In this document: positions 39,475 to 52,854 of the stretch, piece after piece
Layout: the number at the start of each line of letters is the position of its first letter
Position numbering within the stretch: the first letter of the stretch is position 1
Assembly (NCBI GenBank): GCA_965243205.1
Contig: CBDEUK010000002.1
Coordinates: forward strand, 1,280,001-1,344,000
Direction of reading: 5' to 3'
From: Gammaproteobacteria bacterium
Lineage (GTDB): Bacteria; Pseudomonadota; Gammaproteobacteria; Eutrophobiales; Eutrophobiaceae
Length of the DNA: 64,000 nt
The notes under the pieces: generated by a model
Told to the model about the DNA's origin: nothing
The model's database searches: none
The model's input: the letters and a program-made list of their open reading frames with translations, nothing else
Translations under genes and position numbers: made by a program

Positions 39475-39509
39475 TATAAAAAAACCGAGCGATGCTCGGT
39501 TTTTTTATA
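39475..39509. terminator. Bidirectional intrinsic terminator between the M23 gene and rplQ
   Basis: TATAAAAAAACCGAGC-GAT-GCTCGGTTTTTTTATA. Confidence 0.88.
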
Positions 39510-39525
39510 CTGAGTTATTTAGTGA

Positions 39526-39912
39526 TTAATCTTCAGCTGATTCTGCTCCAGCAATAGGTCTATCAACTAATTCAACAATTGCCATAGGCGCATTGTCACC
39601 TGCACGGAAACCACACTTTAAGATTCGTAAGTAACCACCAGGACGATCTTTATAACGCGGACCTAGTTCATTAAACAATTTAGTTACAACACCTCGATCA
39701 CGTAAACGTGAAAAAGCTAAACGTCTTTTAGCAACACTATCTTCTTTGGCTAAAGTAATTAATGGTTCTGCTACTCGGCGTAGCTCTTTAGCTTTCGGTA
39801 ATGTTGTTTTAATCATTTCATGCTGCATTAAAGATACTGCCATGTTTTGAAACATAGCTTTTCTATGCGAACTATTTCGATTTAATTTTCTACCGCTCTC
39901 ACGATGACGCAT
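39526..39912 (-). CDS. rplQ: 50S ribosomal protein L17
   Basis: [16 protein letters not shown]. Confidence 0.98.
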   Translation of the reverse strand: MRHRESGRKLNRNSSHRKAMFQNMAVSLMQHEMIKTTLPKAKELRRVAEPLITLAKEDSVAKRRLAFSRLRDRGVVTKLFNELGPRYKDRPGGYLRILKCGFRAGDNAPMAIVELVDRPIAGAESAED

Positions 39913-39942
39913 GATATTTCTCTTCTATTCAAAAATTACAAA

Positions 39943-40938
39943 TTACATGGATAATTTATCTTGATCCAAACTCGCTGGAGGCCAATTCTCTAGGCGCATA
40001 CCTAAAGCCAGTCCACGCGATGCCAAGACATCTTTAATTTCAGTTAAAGACTTTTTACCCAAGTTAGGTGTTTTCAATAACTCAACTTCAGTACGTTGAA
40101 TTAAATCACCGATATAATAAATACTTTCCGCTTTTAAACAGTTTGCAGAACGTACTGTTAACTCTAAATCATCAACTGGTCTTAATAATATCGGATCAAT
40201 TTCTGGTTCATTTTTCGCTTCAGCAATTTGAGCTTCTTCAGCTTCAAGGTCAACAAATACTGCTAATTGACTGCGTAAAATAGTCGCTGATTCTCTAATC
40301 GCATCTTCAGGGTCGATAGTACCATTTGTTTCAATCTCGATAATTAATTTATCTAAGTTGGTTCTTTGTTCTACACGAGCACTTTGCACATCATAAGCTA
40401 CACGTTTAACAGGACTAAAAGAAGCATCTAACTTAATACGACCTATAGTTTGCTCATCATCACTATTACCGATGATAACAGGACGATAACCACGACCACG
40501 CTCTACACGCATAGTAATGTTTAACTCACCTGACTTTGTAAGATTAGCAATCGGATGGTCTGGATTAGCAATTTCAACATCATGATCAACCGCAATATCA
40601 GCTGCTGTAACAAGGCCTTGTCCGCTTTTATTTAAAGTAATAATAGCTTCGTCTTTTGCATGCATGTTGATAGCCAAACCTTTAAGGTTCATTAAGATAT
40701 CAGTAACATCCTCTTGAACACCTTCAATTGTTGTGTATTCATGTAGAACGCCTTGGATTTCTGCTTCAACAACCGCACAGCCAGGCATTGACGATAATAA
40801 AACTCGACGTAATGCATTACCTAAAGTATGACCATAGCCACGATCGAGCGGCTCAATGATGATCTTTGCAGAGTTAGCATTAATCGGTTCAACATCAACA
40901 CGACGTGGTTTAAGTATATCGTGGAAGCTAGTCGCCAT
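39943..40938 (-). CDS. rpoA: RNA polymerase alpha subunit
   Basis: [29 protein letters not shown]. Confidence 0.98.
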   Translation of the reverse strand: MATSFHDILKPRRVDVEPINANSAKIIIEPLDRGYGHTLGNALRRVLLSSMPGCAVVEAEIQGVLHEYTTIEGVQEDVTDILMNLKGLAINMHAKDEAIITLNKSGQGLVTAADIAVDHDVEIANPDHPIANLTKSGELNITMRVERGRGYRPVIIGNSDDEQTIGRIKLDASFSPVKRVAYDVQSARVEQRTNLDKLIIEIETNGTIDPEDAIRESATILRSQLAVFVDLEAEEAQIAEAKNEPEIDPILLRPVDDLELTVRSANCLKAESIYYIGDLIQRTEVELLKTPNLGKKSLTEIKDVLASRGLALGMRLENWPPASLDQDKLSM

Positions 40939-40959
40939 ACGTTTTGTTCCTCCGAACGG

Positions 40960-41580
40960 TTACTTAGAGTAAAGCTCGACTACGAGCTGCTCATTGATTT
41001 CAGATGGTAATTCACTACGTTCTGGTACAGCTTTAAAAGTACCTTCCATCTTTTTGGTATCGACTTCGATCCATTCAGGAAAGCCAATCTGCTCAGATAC
41101 AGTCAATGCATCTTGAATACGCACTTGAGTCCTACTTTTTTCTCGAATTGATATCTTATCTGATGGTTTAACAACAAAAGAAGGAATGTTAACAGGCTTG
41201 TCGTTAACAAGAATCGCTTTATGGCTAACCAATTGACGAGCTTCATTTCGAGTAACACCAAAACCCATACGATATACTACATTATCTAAACGAGTTTCTA
41301 ATAATTGTAAAAGATTCTCACCTGTAGAACCTTTAAGACGAGCTGCCTCTTTATAGTATTTACGGAATTGTTTTTCTAAGATTCCATAGATACGTCTTAA
41401 CTTTTGTTTTTCACGTAACTGTAAACCGTAGTCTGATAAACGCTTACGACTACCACCATGCATACCAGGTGCTTTATCAATTTGACATTTTGACTCTAGT
41501 GGTCGAGCACGACTTTTTAAGAAAAGATCTGTGCCTTCACGACGACTTAATTTACATTTTGGTCCAAGATATCTTGCCAT
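40960..41580 (-). CDS. rpsD: 30S ribosomal protein S4
   Basis: [23 protein letters not shown]. Confidence 0.98.
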   Translation of the reverse strand: MARYLGPKCKLSRREGTDLFLKSRARPLESKCQIDKAPGMHGGSRKRLSDYGLQLREKQKLRRIYGILEKQFRKYYKEAARLKGSTGENLLQLLETRLDNVVYRMGFGVTRNEARQLVSHKAILVNDKPVNIPSFVVKPSDKISIREKSRTQVRIQDALTVSEQIGFPEWIEVDTKKMEGTFKAVPERSELPSEINEQLVVELYSK

Positions 41581-41592
41581 GTAACTTTACCC

Positions 41593-41979
41593 TTATACTC
41601 GACGTTTCTTTGGTGGACGACAACCATTATGAGGAATTGGCGTCACGTCAGAGATGTTTGTAATTTTAAAACCTAATGAGTTTAGTGCGCGAACTGCAGA
41701 TTCACGACCTGGCCCTGGACCTTTAATAAAAACTTCCAGGTTTTTCATACCAAATTCTTGAGCGGTTTCGCCTGCTTTGGTTGAAGCAATTTGTGCTGCA
41801 AACGGTGTACTTTTACGAGAACCACGAAAACCGCTACCACCAGAGGTTGCCCATGCTAATGTATTGCCTTGTCTATCGGTGATAGTAATGATGGTGTTGT
41901 TAAACGATGCATGAATGTGCGCTACGCCATCCACAACCGTTTTCGTACTTTTTTTCCGCGTTCTTGCAGCTTTAGCCAT
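41593..41979 (-). CDS. rpsK: 30S ribosomal protein S11
   Basis: [23 protein letters not shown]. Confidence 0.98.
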   Translation of the reverse strand: MAKAARTRKKSTKTVVDGVAHIHASFNNTIITITDRQGNTLAWATSGGSGFRGSRKSTPFAAQIASTKAGETAQEFGMKNLEVFIKGPGPGRESAVRALNSLGFKITNISDVTPIPHNGCRPPKKRRV

Positions 41980-41996
41980 ATTTCAATACCTATTAT

Positions 41997-42353
41997 TTAT
42001 TTCTTAACCATACGACGTGGACCTTTACGGGTACGCGCATTGGTTTGTGTACGTTGTCCGCGTAGCGGCAAGCTACGACGATGTCTGATACCTCGGTTAC
42101 AACCTAAGTCCATCAAACGTTTAATATTCATTGAGACTTCTCGGCGAAGATCACCTTCTAAATCGTATTTGCCAATATTATTACGAATTGAATCGAGTTC
42201 TTCTTCACTCAAGTCATTTACTTTACGATCAGGAGCCAAACCAGTTTCATTACAAATATCTTTTGAACGAGCTGGGCCAATACCATAGATATATGTTAAA
42301 GCAATCACTAGATGCTTATTATCCGGAATATTTACGCCTGCAATACGTGCCAT
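41997..42353 (-). CDS. rpsM: 30S ribosomal protein S13
   Basis: [23 protein letters not shown]. Confidence 0.98.
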   Translation of the reverse strand: MARIAGVNIPDNKHLVIALTYIYGIGPARSKDICNETGLAPDRKVNDLSEEELDSIRNNIGKYDLEGDLRREVSMNIKRLMDLGCNRGIRHRRSLPLRGQRTQTNARTRKGPRRMVKK

Positions 42354-42368
42354 ACTAATTCTCCAATT

Positions 42369-42482
42369 CTAGCCTTGTCGTTGTTTATGACGTGGATCAG
42401 TGCAAATAACACGTATTACACCTTTACGTTTGATGATCCTGCAGTTACGGCAAATCTTTTTGACTGAGGCTCTTACTTTCAT
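42369..42482 (-). CDS. rpmJ: 50S ribosomal protein L36 (not in ORF track)
   Basis: Manual translation [37 protein letters not shown]. Confidence 0.97.
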   Translation of the reverse strand: MKVRASVKKICRNCRIIKRKGVIRVICTDPRHKQRQG

Positions 42483-42508
42483 TCTTAAATCTCCAAAACT
42501 TAGCCGAC

Positions 42509-43840
42509 TTATCGACGGCCTTGCCCTTTAATATTTGCTTTCTTCATTAAACCATCATATTGGTGAGACATAAGATGCGCCTGCATCTGTGACATAAAAT
42601 CCATCACCACTACAACGATAATTAATAAAGAGGTTCCACCAAAATAAAATGGAACATTAAAATTATAAATTAGAAACTCAGGTAATAAACAAATAGCGGT
42701 GATGTAAATAGCACCAGCTAACGTTAATCGAGTTAATACACCATCTAAATATTTCGCAGTTTGCTCACCTGGGCGCATACCAGGGATAAACGCACCTTGT
42801 TTTTTCAAATTATCAGCTGTTTCTCTAGGATCAAACATCATCGCTGTATAAAAGAAACAGAAAAATATAATTGCTGCTGCAAATAAAATTATGTACGTCA
42901 AATTTCCAGGCGATAAATGATTAGTAACGATATCCTGTAACCACTGAGTTCCTTCTCCTTGCGCGAACCAACCAGTTAAAGTGGCTGGAAATAAAATAAT
43001 GCTGGATGCAAAAATCGGTGGTATCACACCAGCCATATTCAATTTAAGTGGCAAATGACTTGATTGCCCTGCATACATTTTTTTCCCAACTTGTCGCTTA
43101 GGATAATTGATCGCTATTCGACGTTGCCCACGTTCAATAAACACAACCAAAGCGGTTACTGCAATCGCTAAAGCAAATAATAAGAACATGCCAAAAATAT
43201 GTAGCTCACCTGTACGAGTCAACTCAATCGTACCTGCAATTGCAGAAGGCAGTCCTGCTACAATACCTGCAAAGATGATCATTGATATACCGTTACCAAC
43301 ACCTCTCTCCGTAATCTGCTCACCTAACCACATTAAAAACATAGTGCCAGTAACTAGACTACTTACAGCCGTAATGCGAAAACCTAAACCCGGGTCTAAG
43401 ACAACACCTTGACCTTCAAGCGCAATACAAACACCAATCGCTTGAAAAGTTGCTAATACTACAGTACCCCAACGAGTATACTTCGTAATGGTACGACGAC
43501 CTTGCTCACCTTCTTTACGTAATTGTTTTAATCTTGGATCGATAACAGTTAGTAACTGCATAATAATCGATGCCGAAATATATGGCATGATTCCAAGAGC
43601 AACTACAGACAAACGCTCTAATGCACCACCAGAGAACATATTAAACATGTCTAAAATTGTGCCGCTTTGTCTTTCGAACATTGCCGCCAATTGTTCTGGG
43701 TCAATACCAGGAACAGGAATATGCGTACATACACGATAAACAAATAACGCAAACAATAAGAACAACAAACGTTGTCTTAATTCTGTTAACTGGCCTAAAC
43801 CCGATAAGCCTCCAGGTAATGTTTGACCACTAGCCGACAT
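42509..43840 (-). CDS. secY: Preprotein translocase SecY
   Basis: [44 protein letters not shown]. Confidence 0.98.
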   Translation of the reverse strand: MSASGQTLPGGLSGLGQLTELRQRLLFLLFALFVYRVCTHIPVPGIDPEQLAAMFERQSGTILDMFNMFSGGALERLSVVALGIMPYISASIIMQLLTVIDPRLKQLRKEGEQGRRTITKYTRWGTVVLATFQAIGVCIALEGQGVVLDPGLGFRITAVSSLVTGTMFLMWLGEQITERGVGNGISMIIFAGIVAGLPSAIAGTIELTRTGELHIFGMFLLFALAIAVTALVVFIERGQRRIAINYPKRQVGKKMYAGQSSHLPLKLNMAGVIPPIFASSIILFPATLTGWFAQGEGTQWLQDIVTNHLSPGNLTYIILFAAAIIFFCFFYTAMMFDPRETADNLKKQGAFIPGMRPGEQTAKYLDGVLTRLTLAGAIYITAICLLPEFLIYNFNVPFYFGGTSLLIIVVVVMDFMSQMQAHLMSHQYDGLMKKANIKGQGRR

Positions 43841-43842
43841 AC

Positions 43843-44277
43843 TTACTCTTCTACCTTACCGCCAGCAGATTCAATAGCTTCTTTAGCACCTTTAGTTGCA
43901 CCTAAGCCTTTTATAGTAACTGCTTTTTTAATTTCGCCAGAAAGAATAACTTTTGCACGTGTAATGCTTTTATTAATAATGCCCGCTGCTTGTAAAGCAT
44001 CAATTGTAATGACATCAGCATCAACTAATTCTAATTCATGCAAACGTATCTCAGCAGTCTGACGAGCTAATTTTGAACGAAAACCAATTTTAGGTAATCG
44101 TCTTTGAACAGGCATTTGACCGCCTTCAAAACCAACTTTATGAAAACCACCTGAACGTGATTTTTGACCTTTGTGACCACGACCAGAAGTTTTACCAAAT
44201 CCTGAACCGATACCACGACCAACACGCTTACCAGATTTTTTTGAACCCGGGTTAGGGCTTAATGTATTGAGTCGCAT
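43843..44277 (-). CDS. rplO: 50S ribosomal protein L15
   Basis: GRGIGSG.GKT.GRGHKGQ, FEGGQMP. Confidence 0.98.
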   Translation of the reverse strand: MRLNTLSPNPGSKKSGKRVGRGIGSGFGKTSGRGHKGQKSRSGGFHKVGFEGGQMPVQRRLPKIGFRSKLARQTAEIRLHELELVDADVITIDALQAAGIINKSITRAKVILSGEIKKAVTIKGLGATKGAKEAIESAGGKVEE

Positions 44278-44279
44278 GA

Positions 44280-44468
44280 TTACACTTCCTCTACATTCAA
44301 TAAGTAAGAGACTTTATTGATCATGCCGCGGTTCTCTGGTGTATCTTGAACCGTCACAGTATGACCAATACGACGTAAACCTAAACCAATCACACATGCT
44401 TTGTGATTTTTAAGTCGTCCATTAGTACTCTTTGTTAATGTCACTTTAATTTCTTTAGCTGCAGCCAT
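44280..44468 (-). CDS. rpmD: 50S ribosomal protein L30
   Basis: [11 protein letters not shown]...DTP..RGMI. Confidence 0.97.
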   Translation of the reverse strand: MAAAKEIKVTLTKSTNGRLKNHKACVIGLGLRRIGHTVTVQDTPENRGMINKVSYLLNVEEV

Positions 44469-44479
44469 GTTATCTAACC

Positions 44480-44986
44480 TTATGCTGTAATCTCTTCAAC
44501 AGTCTTACCGCGCTTTGCTGCGATATATTCAGGAGAACTCACTGAAGCAAGACCTTTAATGGTTGCTTGAACAACGTTAATAGGATTTGGCGAACCAATG
44601 GTTTTAGCCAAAATATTATGGATACCCACCACTTCAAATACCGCACGCATTGAGCCACCAGCAATAATACCGGTACCTTCAGAAGCAGGCTGCATATAAA
44701 CTTTAGCGGCACCATGCTCAGCAGTGATTGCGTAATGTAAGGTGTCACCATTTAGTGGCACAGTAATCATATTACGACGAGCATCTTCCATGGCTTTTTG
44801 AATTGCAATAGGAACTTCTTTCGCTTTACCACGACCGAAACCTACGCGGCCATTACCGTCACCTACCACAGTAAGTGCAGCGAAACCAAATTGACGACCA
44901 CCTTTTACTACTTTAGCTACACGATTTACCGCAACTAATTTTTCTAGAAGGTCTGAATTACCCGTATATGATTCTGCTAATGCCAT
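44480..44986 (-). CDS. rpsE: 30S ribosomal protein S5
   Basis: [20 protein letters not shown]. Confidence 0.98.
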   Translation of the reverse strand: MALAESYTGNSDLLEKLVAVNRVAKVVKGGRQFGFAALTVVGDGNGRVGFGRGKAKEVPIAIQKAMEDARRNMITVPLNGDTLHYAITAEHGAAKVYMQPASEGTGIIAGGSMRAVFEVVGIHNILAKTIGSPNPINVVQATIKGLASVSSPEYIAAKRGKTVEEITA

Positions 44987-45000
44987 AATTTAACCTATTA

Positions 45001-45357
45001 TTAAAATTCCATACCGTTTTCACGAGCAGCATCAGCTAGTGCTTTTACACGGCCGTGAAATTTAAAACCTGAACGATCAAATGCTACTTTAGTAACACCC
45101 GCTGCTTTAGCACGCTCAGCAATTGCTTTACCCACTAAACTAGCCGCTTCAACATTACCTGTGTTTTTAGCTTGTCCAGCAATTTCTTTATCTAATGTTG
45201 ATGCGCTTGCTAAAACTTCTGAACCTGTTGGTGCAATAACTTGAGCATAAACATGTCGAGGTGTTCTATGAATACATAGGCGATTCACACCTAACTCTTT
45301 AATGTGAGCACGCACTTTTACAGAACGTCTTAATCTTGATTGCTTTTTACTTTTCAT
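45001..45357 (-). CDS. rplR: 50S ribosomal protein L18
   Basis: [19 protein letters not shown]. Confidence 0.98.
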   Translation of the reverse strand: MKSKKQSRLRRSVKVRAHIKELGVNRLCIHRTPRHVYAQVIAPTGSEVLASASTLDKEIAGQAKNTGNVEAASLVGKAIAERAKAAGVTKVAFDRSGFKFHGRVKALADAARENGMEF

Positions 45358-45360
45358 GTG

Positions 45361-45894
45361 TTAACTCTTCTTAGCTTCTTTACGTACAACATGCTCATCA
45401 GAATAACGAACACCTTTACCTTTATATGGTTCAGGTGGACGATAAGCTCTTATTTCAGCTGCAACTTGACCAACTTTTTGTTTATCCACACCTTTAATAA
45501 CAATTTCGGTTTGACTAGGTGTTTCGAAAGAAATCCCTTCAGGTGCTTCATAATTAACTGGATGAGAAAAACCCAAAGTTAAATTCAATGTTTTACCTTG
45601 TGCTTGAGCACGATAACCAACACCGATAATAGTTAGTTTTTTCTCAAAACCTTCACTAACACCAGTTACTAAATTTTGCACAACTGCGCGAGTAGTACCC
45701 GATAAAGCTTTAGCTGCTTTAGATGTATTGTTAGCTTTAAATGTAAGCTGGTTTTCTTCTTGTGCTATAGACACTAAAGAATGAATGCCATGAGACATCT
45801 CACCCTTACTACCTTTAACTTTTATATCCTGACCATTGATAGTCACTTCTACGCCAGAAGGAATTGAAACAGGATTATTCGCAATACGAGACAT
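45361..45894 (-). CDS. rplF: 50S ribosomal protein L6
   Basis: [22 protein letters not shown]. Confidence 0.98.
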   Translation of the reverse strand: MSRIANNPVSIPSGVEVTINGQDIKVKGSKGEMSHGIHSLVSIAQEENQLTFKANNTSKAAKALSGTTRAVVQNLVTGVSEGFEKKLTIIGVGYRAQAQGKTLNLTLGFSHPVNYEAPEGISFETPSQTEIVIKGVDKQKVGQVAAEIRAYRPPEPYKGKGVRYSDEHVVRKEAKKS

Positions 45895-45905
45895 TTGTTA
45901 TTACC

Positions 45906-46298
45906 TCAAGCAACGACACAAAGTACTTCGCCACCAACACCTAATTCACGTGCAGACTTATCTGTCATTACACCTTTAGATGTTGAAATAATAGCGGTAC
46001 CAAATCCACCTAGTACTTTAGGCAGATCATTTTTCGATTTATATTTACGTAAGCTTGGTTTGCTTGAACGTTGTAGCATTTCAATAACCGGCTTACCTTC
46101 AAAGTATTTAAGTTCAACAGTTAGAGTTTTTAAGGTTTCGCCACTCACTTGATAGCTTCTGATATAACCTTCTTGCTGTAAAATTTCGCAAATAGCTACC
46201 TTTAATTTAGACGCAGGCATATCGGTAGTTTGTTTATCACGTTCTTGCGCATTACGAATGCGGGTCAACATGTCTGCTATTGGGTCTTGTAAACTCAT
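45906..46298 (-). CDS. rpsH: 30S ribosomal protein S8
   Basis: [22 protein letters not shown]. Confidence 0.98.
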   Translation of the reverse strand: MSLQDPIADMLTRIRNAQERDKQTTDMPASKLKVAICEILQQEGYIRSYQVSGETLKTLTVELKYFEGKPVIEMLQRSSKPSLRKYKSKNDLPKVLGGFGTAIISTSKGVMTDKSARELGVGGEVLCVVA

Positions 46299-46317
46299 AA
46301 TCTATTGTTCTCTATTG

Positions 46318-46623
46318 TTACCAACTTGCTTTAACCAAGCCTGGGATATCACCCTGCATGGCAGCTTCTCTTAATTTATTTCTAGCAAGGCCAAATTTAC
46401 GATAATAGCCGTGAGGTCTACCTGTAATTTTGCAACGATTACGTTGACGTACTGAGTTACCATCACGAGGCAGTTTATTTAATTTATCACGTGCAGCGAT
46501 TCGATCTTCGTCACTGGTATCAGCACTTTTAATAATTGCTCTGAGCTCAGCTCGCTTAGCAGCATATTTCTTAACTGCCTTAGCACGCTTCTTCTCTCTG
46601 TTTACCATTGAAACCTTTGCCAT
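46318..46623 (-). CDS. rpsN: 30S ribosomal protein S14 (long, Zn-independent form)
   Basis: [19 protein letters not shown]. Confidence 0.98.
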   Translation of the reverse strand: MAKVSMVNREKKRAKAVKKYAAKRAELRAIIKSADTSDEDRIAARDKLNKLPRDGNSVRQRNRCKITGRPHGYYRKFGLARNKLREAAMQGDIPGLVKASW

Positions 46624-46640
46624 TGTAAATAGAACCCCTA

Positions 46641-47180
46641 TTAATTCCTTAAAGGAAAATTAAATGCTGTTAATAATGCTCTGCCTTCCTCATCGGTTTT
46701 AGCAGAAGTTGTGATAGTAATATCCATACCACGAACTTTATCGATTTTATCGTAATCGATTTCAGGAAAAATAATTTGCTCTTTAATGCCTAAGCTATAG
46801 TTTCCACGTCCATCGAATGATTTTGGACTAAAGCCACGGAAGTCACGAATACGTGGAATCGCAATAGTAATTAGACGATCTAAAAATTCATACATGCGAT
46901 CACGACGTAGTGTTACTTTACATCCAATTGGATAGCCTTCACGAACTTTAAAGTTCGCAACAGATTTTCTAGCATTGCTAACAATAGGTTTTTGACCAGC
47001 AATCTTTTCCATATCAGCCACGGCATTTTGTAATACTTTTTTATCAGCAATCGCTTCGCCTACCCCCATGTTCAAAGTAACTTTAGTTACACGTGGAATT
47101 TCCATTGCTGATTTATAAGAAAATTGCTCTTTAAGCTGAGCCGCAATCTTATCTTTATAAATTTCTTCTAGTCTTGTCAT
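46641..47180 (-). CDS. rplE: 50S ribosomal protein L5
   Basis: [23 protein letters not shown]. Confidence 0.98.
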   Translation of the reverse strand: MTRLEEIYKDKIAAQLKEQFSYKSAMEIPRVTKVTLNMGVGEAIADKKVLQNAVADMEKIAGQKPIVSNARKSVANFKVREGYPIGCKVTLRRDRMYEFLDRLITIAIPRIRDFRGFSPKSFDGRGNYSLGIKEQIIFPEIDYDKIDKVRGMDITITTSAKTDEEGRALLTAFNFPLRN

Positions 47181-47190
47181 GATCTATAAC

Positions 47191-47511
47191 CTAAACATCA
47201 ACAACTTCGTTGTTAGATTTAAAAAACCGAACTTTAGTACCATCTTCTAGGTGTTTAATACCAACACGATCGGCTTTATTTGAAACTGGGTTCCACAGCG
47301 CAACATTAGAAATATGAATCGGTGATTCTTTTTCAACGATACCACCAGGAACGCCTTGCATTGGGTTACCTTTGGTATGACGTTTAACCATATTCACATT
47401 CTCAACAACCACTTTATCTTCGTCACTAATTACATTAACAACGATGCCACGCTTACCTTTATCTTTACCGGTCAACACTGTGACCTCGTCACCTTTACGT
47501 ATTTTATTCAT
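47191..47511 (-). CDS. rplX: 50S ribosomal protein L24
   Basis: [23 protein letters not shown]. Confidence 0.98.
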   Translation of the reverse strand: MNKIRKGDEVTVLTGKDKGKRGIVVNVISDEDKVVVENVNMVKRHTKGNPMQGVPGGIVEKESPIHISNVALWNPVSNKADRVGIKHLEDGTKVRFFKSNNEVVDV

Positions 47512-47513
47512 CT

Positions 47514-47882
47514 TTATAAGACCTCTGGTGCAAGCGAAACGATCTTCATGAATTTTTCACCACGAAGCTCACGGGTTACTGGTCCAAAAATACGAGTACC
47601 AATTGGTTGTAATTGACCGTTCAATAAAACAGCTGCATTACCGTCGAAACGAATAGCAGAACCATCAGCACGACGAACTGCTTTTTTAGTACGTACAACC
47701 ACAGCGTTATACACTTCACCTTTTTTTACTTTACCTCTTGGAATGGCTTCTTTTACGGTAACTTTAATAACATCACCGACATTTGCATAACGACGCTTCG
47801 AACCACCAAGAACTTTAACGCACATTACTTTCCTTGCACCACTGTTATCAGCAGCTGAAAGCATTGTTTGCATCTGTATCAT
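47514..47882 (-). CDS. rplN: 50S ribosomal protein L14
   Basis: MIQMQT.L..ADNSGA, SLAPEVL. Confidence 0.98.
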   Translation of the reverse strand: MIQMQTMLSAADNSGARKVMCVKVLGGSKRRYANVGDVIKVTVKEAIPRGKVKKGEVYNAVVVRTKKAVRRADGSAIRFDGNAAVLLNGQLQPIGTRIFGPVTRELRGEKFMKIVSLAPEVL

Positions 47883-47922
47883 GTGCGTGAACTCCTATAA
47901 TTCTATTAGTTATAAATAATTA

Positions 47923-48189
47923 TTAAATTTCTTGAGCTTTGGTTACGACTTTCTGTAAAGCCCAAGTTTTGTTTTTTGATAATGGTCTTGATGACTCAAT
48001 TACCACGACATCACCCTCGTTGCATTCATTCGCTTCATCATGCGCTAATACTTTCGTACTCTTGCTATGATATTTTTCATAAAGAGGATGTTTCACTGTT
48101 CGTTTAATCAATACTGAAATGGTTTTATCCATTTTGTTACTGACAACGGTACCTTTTAAGGTTTTTACTGGTTTCTTATCTTCAGCCAT
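47923..48189 (-). CDS. rpsQ: 30S ribosomal protein S17
   Basis: [21 protein letters not shown]. Confidence 0.98.
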   Translation of the reverse strand: MAEDKKPVKTLKGTVVSNKMDKTISVLIKRTVKHPLYEKYHSKSTKVLAHDEANECNEGDVVVIESSRPLSKNKTWALQKVVTKAQEI

Positions 48190-48386
48190 TATTTCTCGCC
48201 TACAGATTTTTCTGTGATCAGAGTTTTAATTCGAGCGATTTGACGTCGAACTCGTTTTACTTCGCTAGGGCGAGTTAATTGCCCAGTGCCTTTTTGCATA
48301 CGAAGATTGAATGCCTCACGTGTTAACGCAAGCACTTCTTCATTCAATTCTTCAACTGTTTTTTCTCTTAACTCTGCAGTTTTCAT
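48189..48386 (-). CDS. rpmC: 50S ribosomal protein L29
   Basis: ELR.K..EEL, FNLRMQ..TGQL, RR.IARIKT. Confidence 0.97.
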   Translation of the reverse strand: MKTAELREKTVEELNEEVLALTREAFNLRMQKGTGQLTRPSEVKRVRRQIARIKTLITEKSVGEK

Positions 48387-48799
48387 TACATGATTGTCCT
48401 TTCGACAAATTTTGTTTTAACCGGCAATTTAGCAGCTGCAAGATCGAATGCTTCACGAGCCAGTTCTTCAGTAACACCTTCTATTTCATAAAGCATTCTG
48501 CCTGGTTGAACTAATGCTACCCAATATTCAACACTACCTTTACCTTTACCTTGACGTACTTCTAAAGGTTTTTTAGTAATTGGTTTGTCTGGAAAAATTC
48601 GAATCCAGATTTTCGCACCACGTTTACATTTACGAGTGATGGTACGACGAGCTGCTTCAATTTGACGAGAAGTAATTCGACCACGACCAACCGCTTTTAA
48701 ACCAAATGCACCAAAGCTTACTTTGTTACCAACATTAGCATTACCGCGGTTTCGACCTTTAAATTGTTTTCTAAATTTGGTTCTTTTAGGTAATAACAC
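48386..48799 (-). CDS. rplP: 50S ribosomal protein L16
   Basis: [12 protein letters not shown]; GTG start at 48799 after GGAG RBS (ORF-track start is too long). Confidence 0.97.
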   Translation of the reverse strand: MLLPKRTKFRKQFKGRNRGNANVGNKVSFGAFGLKAVGRGRITSRQIEAARRTITRKCKRGAKIWIRIFPDKPITKKPLEVRQGKGKGSVEYWVALVQPGRMLYEIEGVTEELAREAFDLAAAKLPVKTKFVERTIM

Positions 48800-48809
48800 A
48801 ATACTTCTC

Positions 48810-49490
48810 CTAGTCTGCCGCTGCTTCAGCTGCTTCGGTTTCAGTTTCACCTAAATCTTGGGGACCAAAAACTTCGCCTTTAAAGATCCAAACTTTAATA
48901 CCGATAACACCGTAAGTTGTATTAGAACGCGCAGTACCATAATCAATATCAGCTCTAAGCGTATGCAAAGGCACTCGACCTTCGCGATACCATTCAGAAC
49001 GTGCGATTTCAGCACCATTCAATCGACCAGCAACATTAATCTTGATGCCTTGTGCGCCTAAACGCATAGTGTTTGTTACTGCACGCTTCATTGCTCGGCG
49101 AAACATAATTCTTCGTTCAATTTGTTGTGCAACACTTTCAGCAACTAATGTTGCGTCAAGCTCAGGCTTACGAATTTCCTCAACACTGACGTGAGCAGGA
49201 ATACCCATCATCTTTGAAACTTCTTGACGAAGACGTTCGATATCTTCACCTTTTTTACCAATCACAATACCTGGTCTTGCTGTATGAATGATCACACGAG
49301 CATTATTAGCAGGGCGGTCGATTTGGATTCGGCTCACAGAAGCATTTTTCAATTTATTTTTCAAATGCTCACGAACTTGCATATCGACATGCAGAAAATC
49401 TGCGTAATCATTGGTATCGGCATACCATTTAGACGTCCAATCTTTAATGATGCCTAAGCGTATACCTGTAGGATGAACTTTTTGTCCCAT
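48810..49490 (-). CDS. rpsC: 30S ribosomal protein S3
   Basis: [25 protein letters not shown]. Confidence 0.98.
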   Translation of the reverse strand: MGQKVHPTGIRLGIIKDWTSKWYADTNDYADFLHVDMQVREHLKNKLKNASVSRIQIDRPANNARVIIHTARPGIVIGKKGEDIERLRQEVSKMMGIPAHVSVEEIRKPELDATLVAESVAQQIERRIMFRRAMKRAVTNTMRLGAQGIKINVAGRLNGAEIARSEWYREGRVPLHTLRADIDYGTARSNTTYGVIGIKVWIFKGEVFGPQDLGETETEAAEAAAD

Positions 49491-49501
49491 CTATCTTCTC
49501 T

Positions 49502-49834
49502 TTAGTTTTCTTCAACAGTCACAGTAAGATGACTGGTACGTTTAATAATTCTGTCTGCACGACCACGAGCTCTAGGGCGTAAGCGCTTCATAGTTGGCCC
49601 AACATCCACATAAATTGATTTCACTGTTAATTCGTCAATATCAGCACCATCATTATGTTCTGCATTAGCTACAGCAGACATCAAAAGTTTCTTGATAATA
49701 TGCGCTGACTTTTTATTGCTAAATGTTAATAAGTCGATTGCTTTATCAACAGGCAAACCTCTAATCTGATCCGCAACCAAACGTGCTTTTTGTGGAGAGA
49801 TATGAGAATGTCTTAATGTTGCACTGGTACCCAT
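49502..49834 (-). CDS. rplV: 50S ribosomal protein L22
   Basis: [27 protein letters not shown]. Confidence 0.98.
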   Translation of the reverse strand: MGTSATLRHSHISPQKARLVADQIRGLPVDKAIDLLTFSNKKSAHIIKKLLMSAVANAEHNDGADIDELTVKSIYVDVGPTMKRLRPRARGRADRIIKRTSHLTVTVEEN

Positions 49835-49837
49835 AAC

Positions 49838-50110
49838 TTATTTACCTTTCTTATCCGCTTGGTGTCCTCGGTAAGTACGAGTCAAAGCAAACTCACCTAA
49901 TTTATGTCCAACCATATTTTCAGTGATATAAACTGGCATATGATCACGACCGTTATGAACGGCGATAGTTAAACCAACCATATTAGGAAAAACCATTGAG
50001 CGACGAGACCAAGTTTTGATCGGACGCTTATCGTTATTTTCTTTTGCTGCCTCAACCTTGGCCATCAAATGATGATCAATAAAAGGACCTTTTCTAAGTG
50101 AACGTGGCAC
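49838..50110 (-). CDS. rpsS: 30S ribosomal protein S19
   Basis: [23 protein letters not shown]. Confidence 0.98.
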   Translation of the reverse strand: MPRSLRKGPFIDHHLMAKVEAAKENNDKRPIKTWSRRSMVFPNMVGLTIAVHNGRDHMPVYITENMVGHKLGEFALTRTYRGHQADKKGK

Positions 50111-50122
50111 AATATTTCCTCG

Positions 50123-50950
50123 TTATTTCTTATTACGACGACGAACGATTAATGAGTCCGTACGTTTGTTCTTACGGGTCTTATAACCCTTAGTAGGATT
50201 ACCCCAAGGTGTTACTGGATGACGACCACCCGATGTTCTACCTTCACCACCACCATGCGGGTGATCAACTGGGTTCATCGCAACACCACGAACCGTTGGA
50301 CGAATACCCAACCAACGTTTTGCGCCTGCTTTACCCAATTTTCTTAATGAATGTTCTGTATTACTCACTTCGCCAATAGTTGCACGGCACTCTGCTAATA
50401 CTTTACGCATTTCACCAGAGCGTAAACGTAAGGTTGCATGCACACCTTCGCGCGCAACTAACTGAACAGTTGCACCAGCACTACGAGCTAACTGAGCACC
50501 TTTTTTAGGTTTAAGCTCAATGCAATGAACCATAGTACCGATTGGAATGTTTCTTAGTGGCAAACAATTACCTGGTTTGATCTCAGCTTCAACACCTGAC
50601 ATCAACATATCGCCTTGTTTAACACCATTAGGTGCGATGATGTAACGACGCTCACCATCAACGAATAACAATAAAGCAATATGGGCACTACGATTTGGAT
50701 CGTATTCAATACGTTCTACTTTTGCTGGAATGCCGTCTTTATCGCGTTTGAAATCGACGATACGATAACGTTGTTTATGACCACCACCACGATGACGAAC
50801 AGTAATACGACCATTGTTATTACGGCCTGCACTTTTACTTTGTTTCTCTACTAATGGCTCGTAAGGTTGTCCTTTATGTAAATCAGGATTAACCACTTTC
50901 ACCATAGAGCGACGTCCAGCGGAAGTCGGTTTTGGCTTCATTAACGCCAT
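50123..50950 (-). CDS. rplB: 50S ribosomal protein L2
   Basis: [24 protein letters not shown]. Confidence 0.98.
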   Translation of the reverse strand: MALMKPKPTSAGRRSMVKVVNPDLHKGQPYEPLVEKQSKSAGRNNNGRITVRHRGGGHKQRYRIVDFKRDKDGIPAKVERIEYDPNRSAHIALLLFVDGERRYIIAPNGVKQGDMLMSGVEAEIKPGNCLPLRNIPIGTMVHCIELKPKKGAQLARSAGATVQLVAREGVHATLRLRSGEMRKVLAECRATIGEVSNTEHSLRKLGKAGAKRWLGIRPTVRGVAMNPVDHPHGGGEGRTSGGRHPVTPWGNPTKGYKTRKNKRTDSLIVRRRNKK

Positions 50951-50951
50951 G

Positions 50952-51248
50952 TTATTGCGCCCCCATAAAATCTATATCAAAGCCTGGTTTTAATTTTACG
51001 TAGGCTTTTTTCCAATCTGAACGTTGACCAAGTCTTTGACCAAAGCGCTTTTGCTTACCTTTAACGTTTAGAGTTTTTACTGAATCAACTTCAACGTTAA
51101 ACATTAACTCTACTGCTGCTTTAATATCTTGCTTATCAGCGTCTTTACGAACTTTAAAAGTGAATTGATTATTCAATTCAGCAGCAACAGTACTTTTTTC
51201 AGTCACTCTTGGCTCAAGCAAGACGTTCATTAATTTTTCTTGATTCAT
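50952..51248 (-). CDS. rplW: 50S ribosomal protein L23
   Basis: P.VTEKS, IK.AVE..F.V.V, WKKAYV.L. Confidence 0.98.
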   Translation of the reverse strand: MNQEKLMNVLLEPRVTEKSTVAAELNNQFTFKVRKDADKQDIKAAVELMFNVEVDSVKTLNVKGKQKRFGQRLGQRSDWKKAYVKLKPGFDIDFMGAQ

Positions 51249-51862
51249 TTTAAAGACGCCTCAATATTTTCTAATGCCGACTGAGTCATTATTACTTTTT
51301 CAAAGCCAACCAATAAATATGGGTCAACTTCTTCAACATCTATCACATCCACTTTTGGAATATTACGAGCCGATAAGAATAAATTTTCTGATAGCTCGTT
51401 TGTTACAATTAAAGCTTCTTTAACTGAAAGCGCTTCTAATTGTTGTAACATTAATTTTGTTTTTGGCTCTTCTGGCTCAAGTTTATCAACTACTATCAAA
51501 CGCTCTTGTCTAGCTAACTCAGATAAAATAGAACGTAACGCGCCTTTGTACATTTTCTTATTAAGTTTTTGCTCATAGTTTCTTGGCTTAGCTGCGAAAG
51601 CTTTACCGCCACCACGCCATATAGGGCTACGAATGGTTCCAGCACGAGCACGACCGGTACCTTTTTGACGCCAAGGTTTTTTACCGCCACCGCGAACTTC
51701 CGAACGAGTTTTTTGCGCTTTGGTTCCAGAACGAGCGCCAGCCATATAAGCTACAACAGCTTGATGCACTAGAGCTTCATTGAAGTCCACGCCAAAGACA
51801 GAATCTGCAACATCCAGTTTTGATGTGCTCTTTTTACCTGCGCTGTGTAATGTTAATTGCAT
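51245..51862 (-). CDS. rplD: 50S ribosomal protein L4
   Basis: [22 protein letters not shown]. Confidence 0.98.
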   Translation of the reverse strand: MQLTLHSAGKKSTSKLDVADSVFGVDFNEALVHQAVVAYMAGARSGTKAQKTRSEVRGGGKKPWRQKGTGRARAGTIRSPIWRGGGKAFAAKPRNYEQKLNKKMYKGALRSILSELARQERLIVVDKLEPEEPKTKLMLQQLEALSVKEALIVTNELSENLFLSARNIPKVDVIDVEEVDPYLLVGFEKVIMTQSALENIEASLK

Positions 51863-51874
51863 TGTTTACTACCG

Positions 51875-52519
51875 TTATCTTTTTATTTTTACCGTTGGCT
51901 TAACCAACACTTTGCCGCCTTTCGCGCCAGGCACAGAACCTTTGATTAAAAGCAGATTACGATCGTTATCAACACGTACTACTTCCAAGTTCTGAGTGGT
52001 TCTTTGTTTATCACCCATATGACCTGACATTTTCTTGCCTTTGAAAACTCGGCCAGGTGTTTGACATTGGCCAATTGAACCAGGTGCCCTATGAGAAATA
52101 GAGTTACCATGACTCATACGTTGACTACTAAAGTTATGACGCTTAATAGCACCAGCGTAACCTTTACCGATACTGGTTCCAGTCACATCTACTTTTTGCC
52201 CAGCTTCAAACATATCTACTTTGATTTCTGAACCAGCTTCTAATTCTGGAGCTTCGCCTTCTTCAAGACGGTACTCTAATAAACCTTCAGCAGATTCAAC
52301 TTCACATTTCGCTAATAAACCCGCTTGTGGTTTTGAAATCTTACTGGCTTTCTTTTGACCGTAAGCAACTTGCACTGCTTTATAACCCTGCTTGGCTTCA
52401 TCGGTTAACGCGGTAACTCGATTAGCAGCTGCTTCAATGACGGTAACAGGAATTGACTCACCGTTTTCGGTGAAGATTCGTGTCATGCCACGTTTATGTC
52501 CAATGATTCCAATAGTCAC
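51875..52519 (-). CDS. rplC: 50S ribosomal protein L3
   Basis: GMT.IF...G...[21 protein letters not shown]. Confidence 0.98.
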   Translation of the reverse strand: MTIGIIGHKRGMTRIFTENGESIPVTVIEAAANRVTALTDEAKQGYKAVQVAYGQKKASKISKPQAGLLAKCEVESAEGLLEYRLEEGEAPELEAGSEIKVDMFEAGQKVDVTGTSIGKGYAGAIKRHNFSSQRMSHGNSISHRAPGSIGQCQTPGRVFKGKKMSGHMGDKQRTTQNLEVVRVDNDRNLLLIKGSVPGAKGGKVLVKPTVKIKR

Positions 52520-52533
52520 TGTCTTAAACCCTA

Positions 52534-52848
52534 TTAATTCAATTTGATCTGCACATCAACACCAGCAGCAAGATCAAGCTTCATTAACGCATCAACGGTT
52601 TTATCTGTTGGATTTACAATATCCATCAAACGTTTGTGCGTACGAATCTCATATTGATCTCGTGCATCTTTGTTAACGTGCGGGGAAATCAATACCGTAA
52701 ACCGTTCTTTTTTGGTCGGCAACGGAATTGGCCCTTTTACTTGAGCACCAGTACGTCTTGCAGTTTCAACAATCTCGCGAGTCGATTGATCGATCAAGCG
52801 ATGATCGAAAGCTTTTAGACGAATTCTTATGACTTGATTATTTGCCAT
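52534..52848 (-). CDS. rpsJ: 30S ribosomal protein S10
   Basis: [27 protein letters not shown]. Confidence 0.98.
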   Translation of the reverse strand: MANNQVIRIRLKAFDHRLIDQSTREIVETARRTGAQVKGPIPLPTKKERFTVLISPHVNKDARDQYEIRTHKRLMDIVNPTDKTVDALMKLDLAAGVDVQIKLN

Positions 52849-52854
52849 TTACCC

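Noticed and set aside
42369-46623. Zn-ribbon L36 together with Zn-free S14
   Set aside because: Ordinary gammaproteobacterial combination
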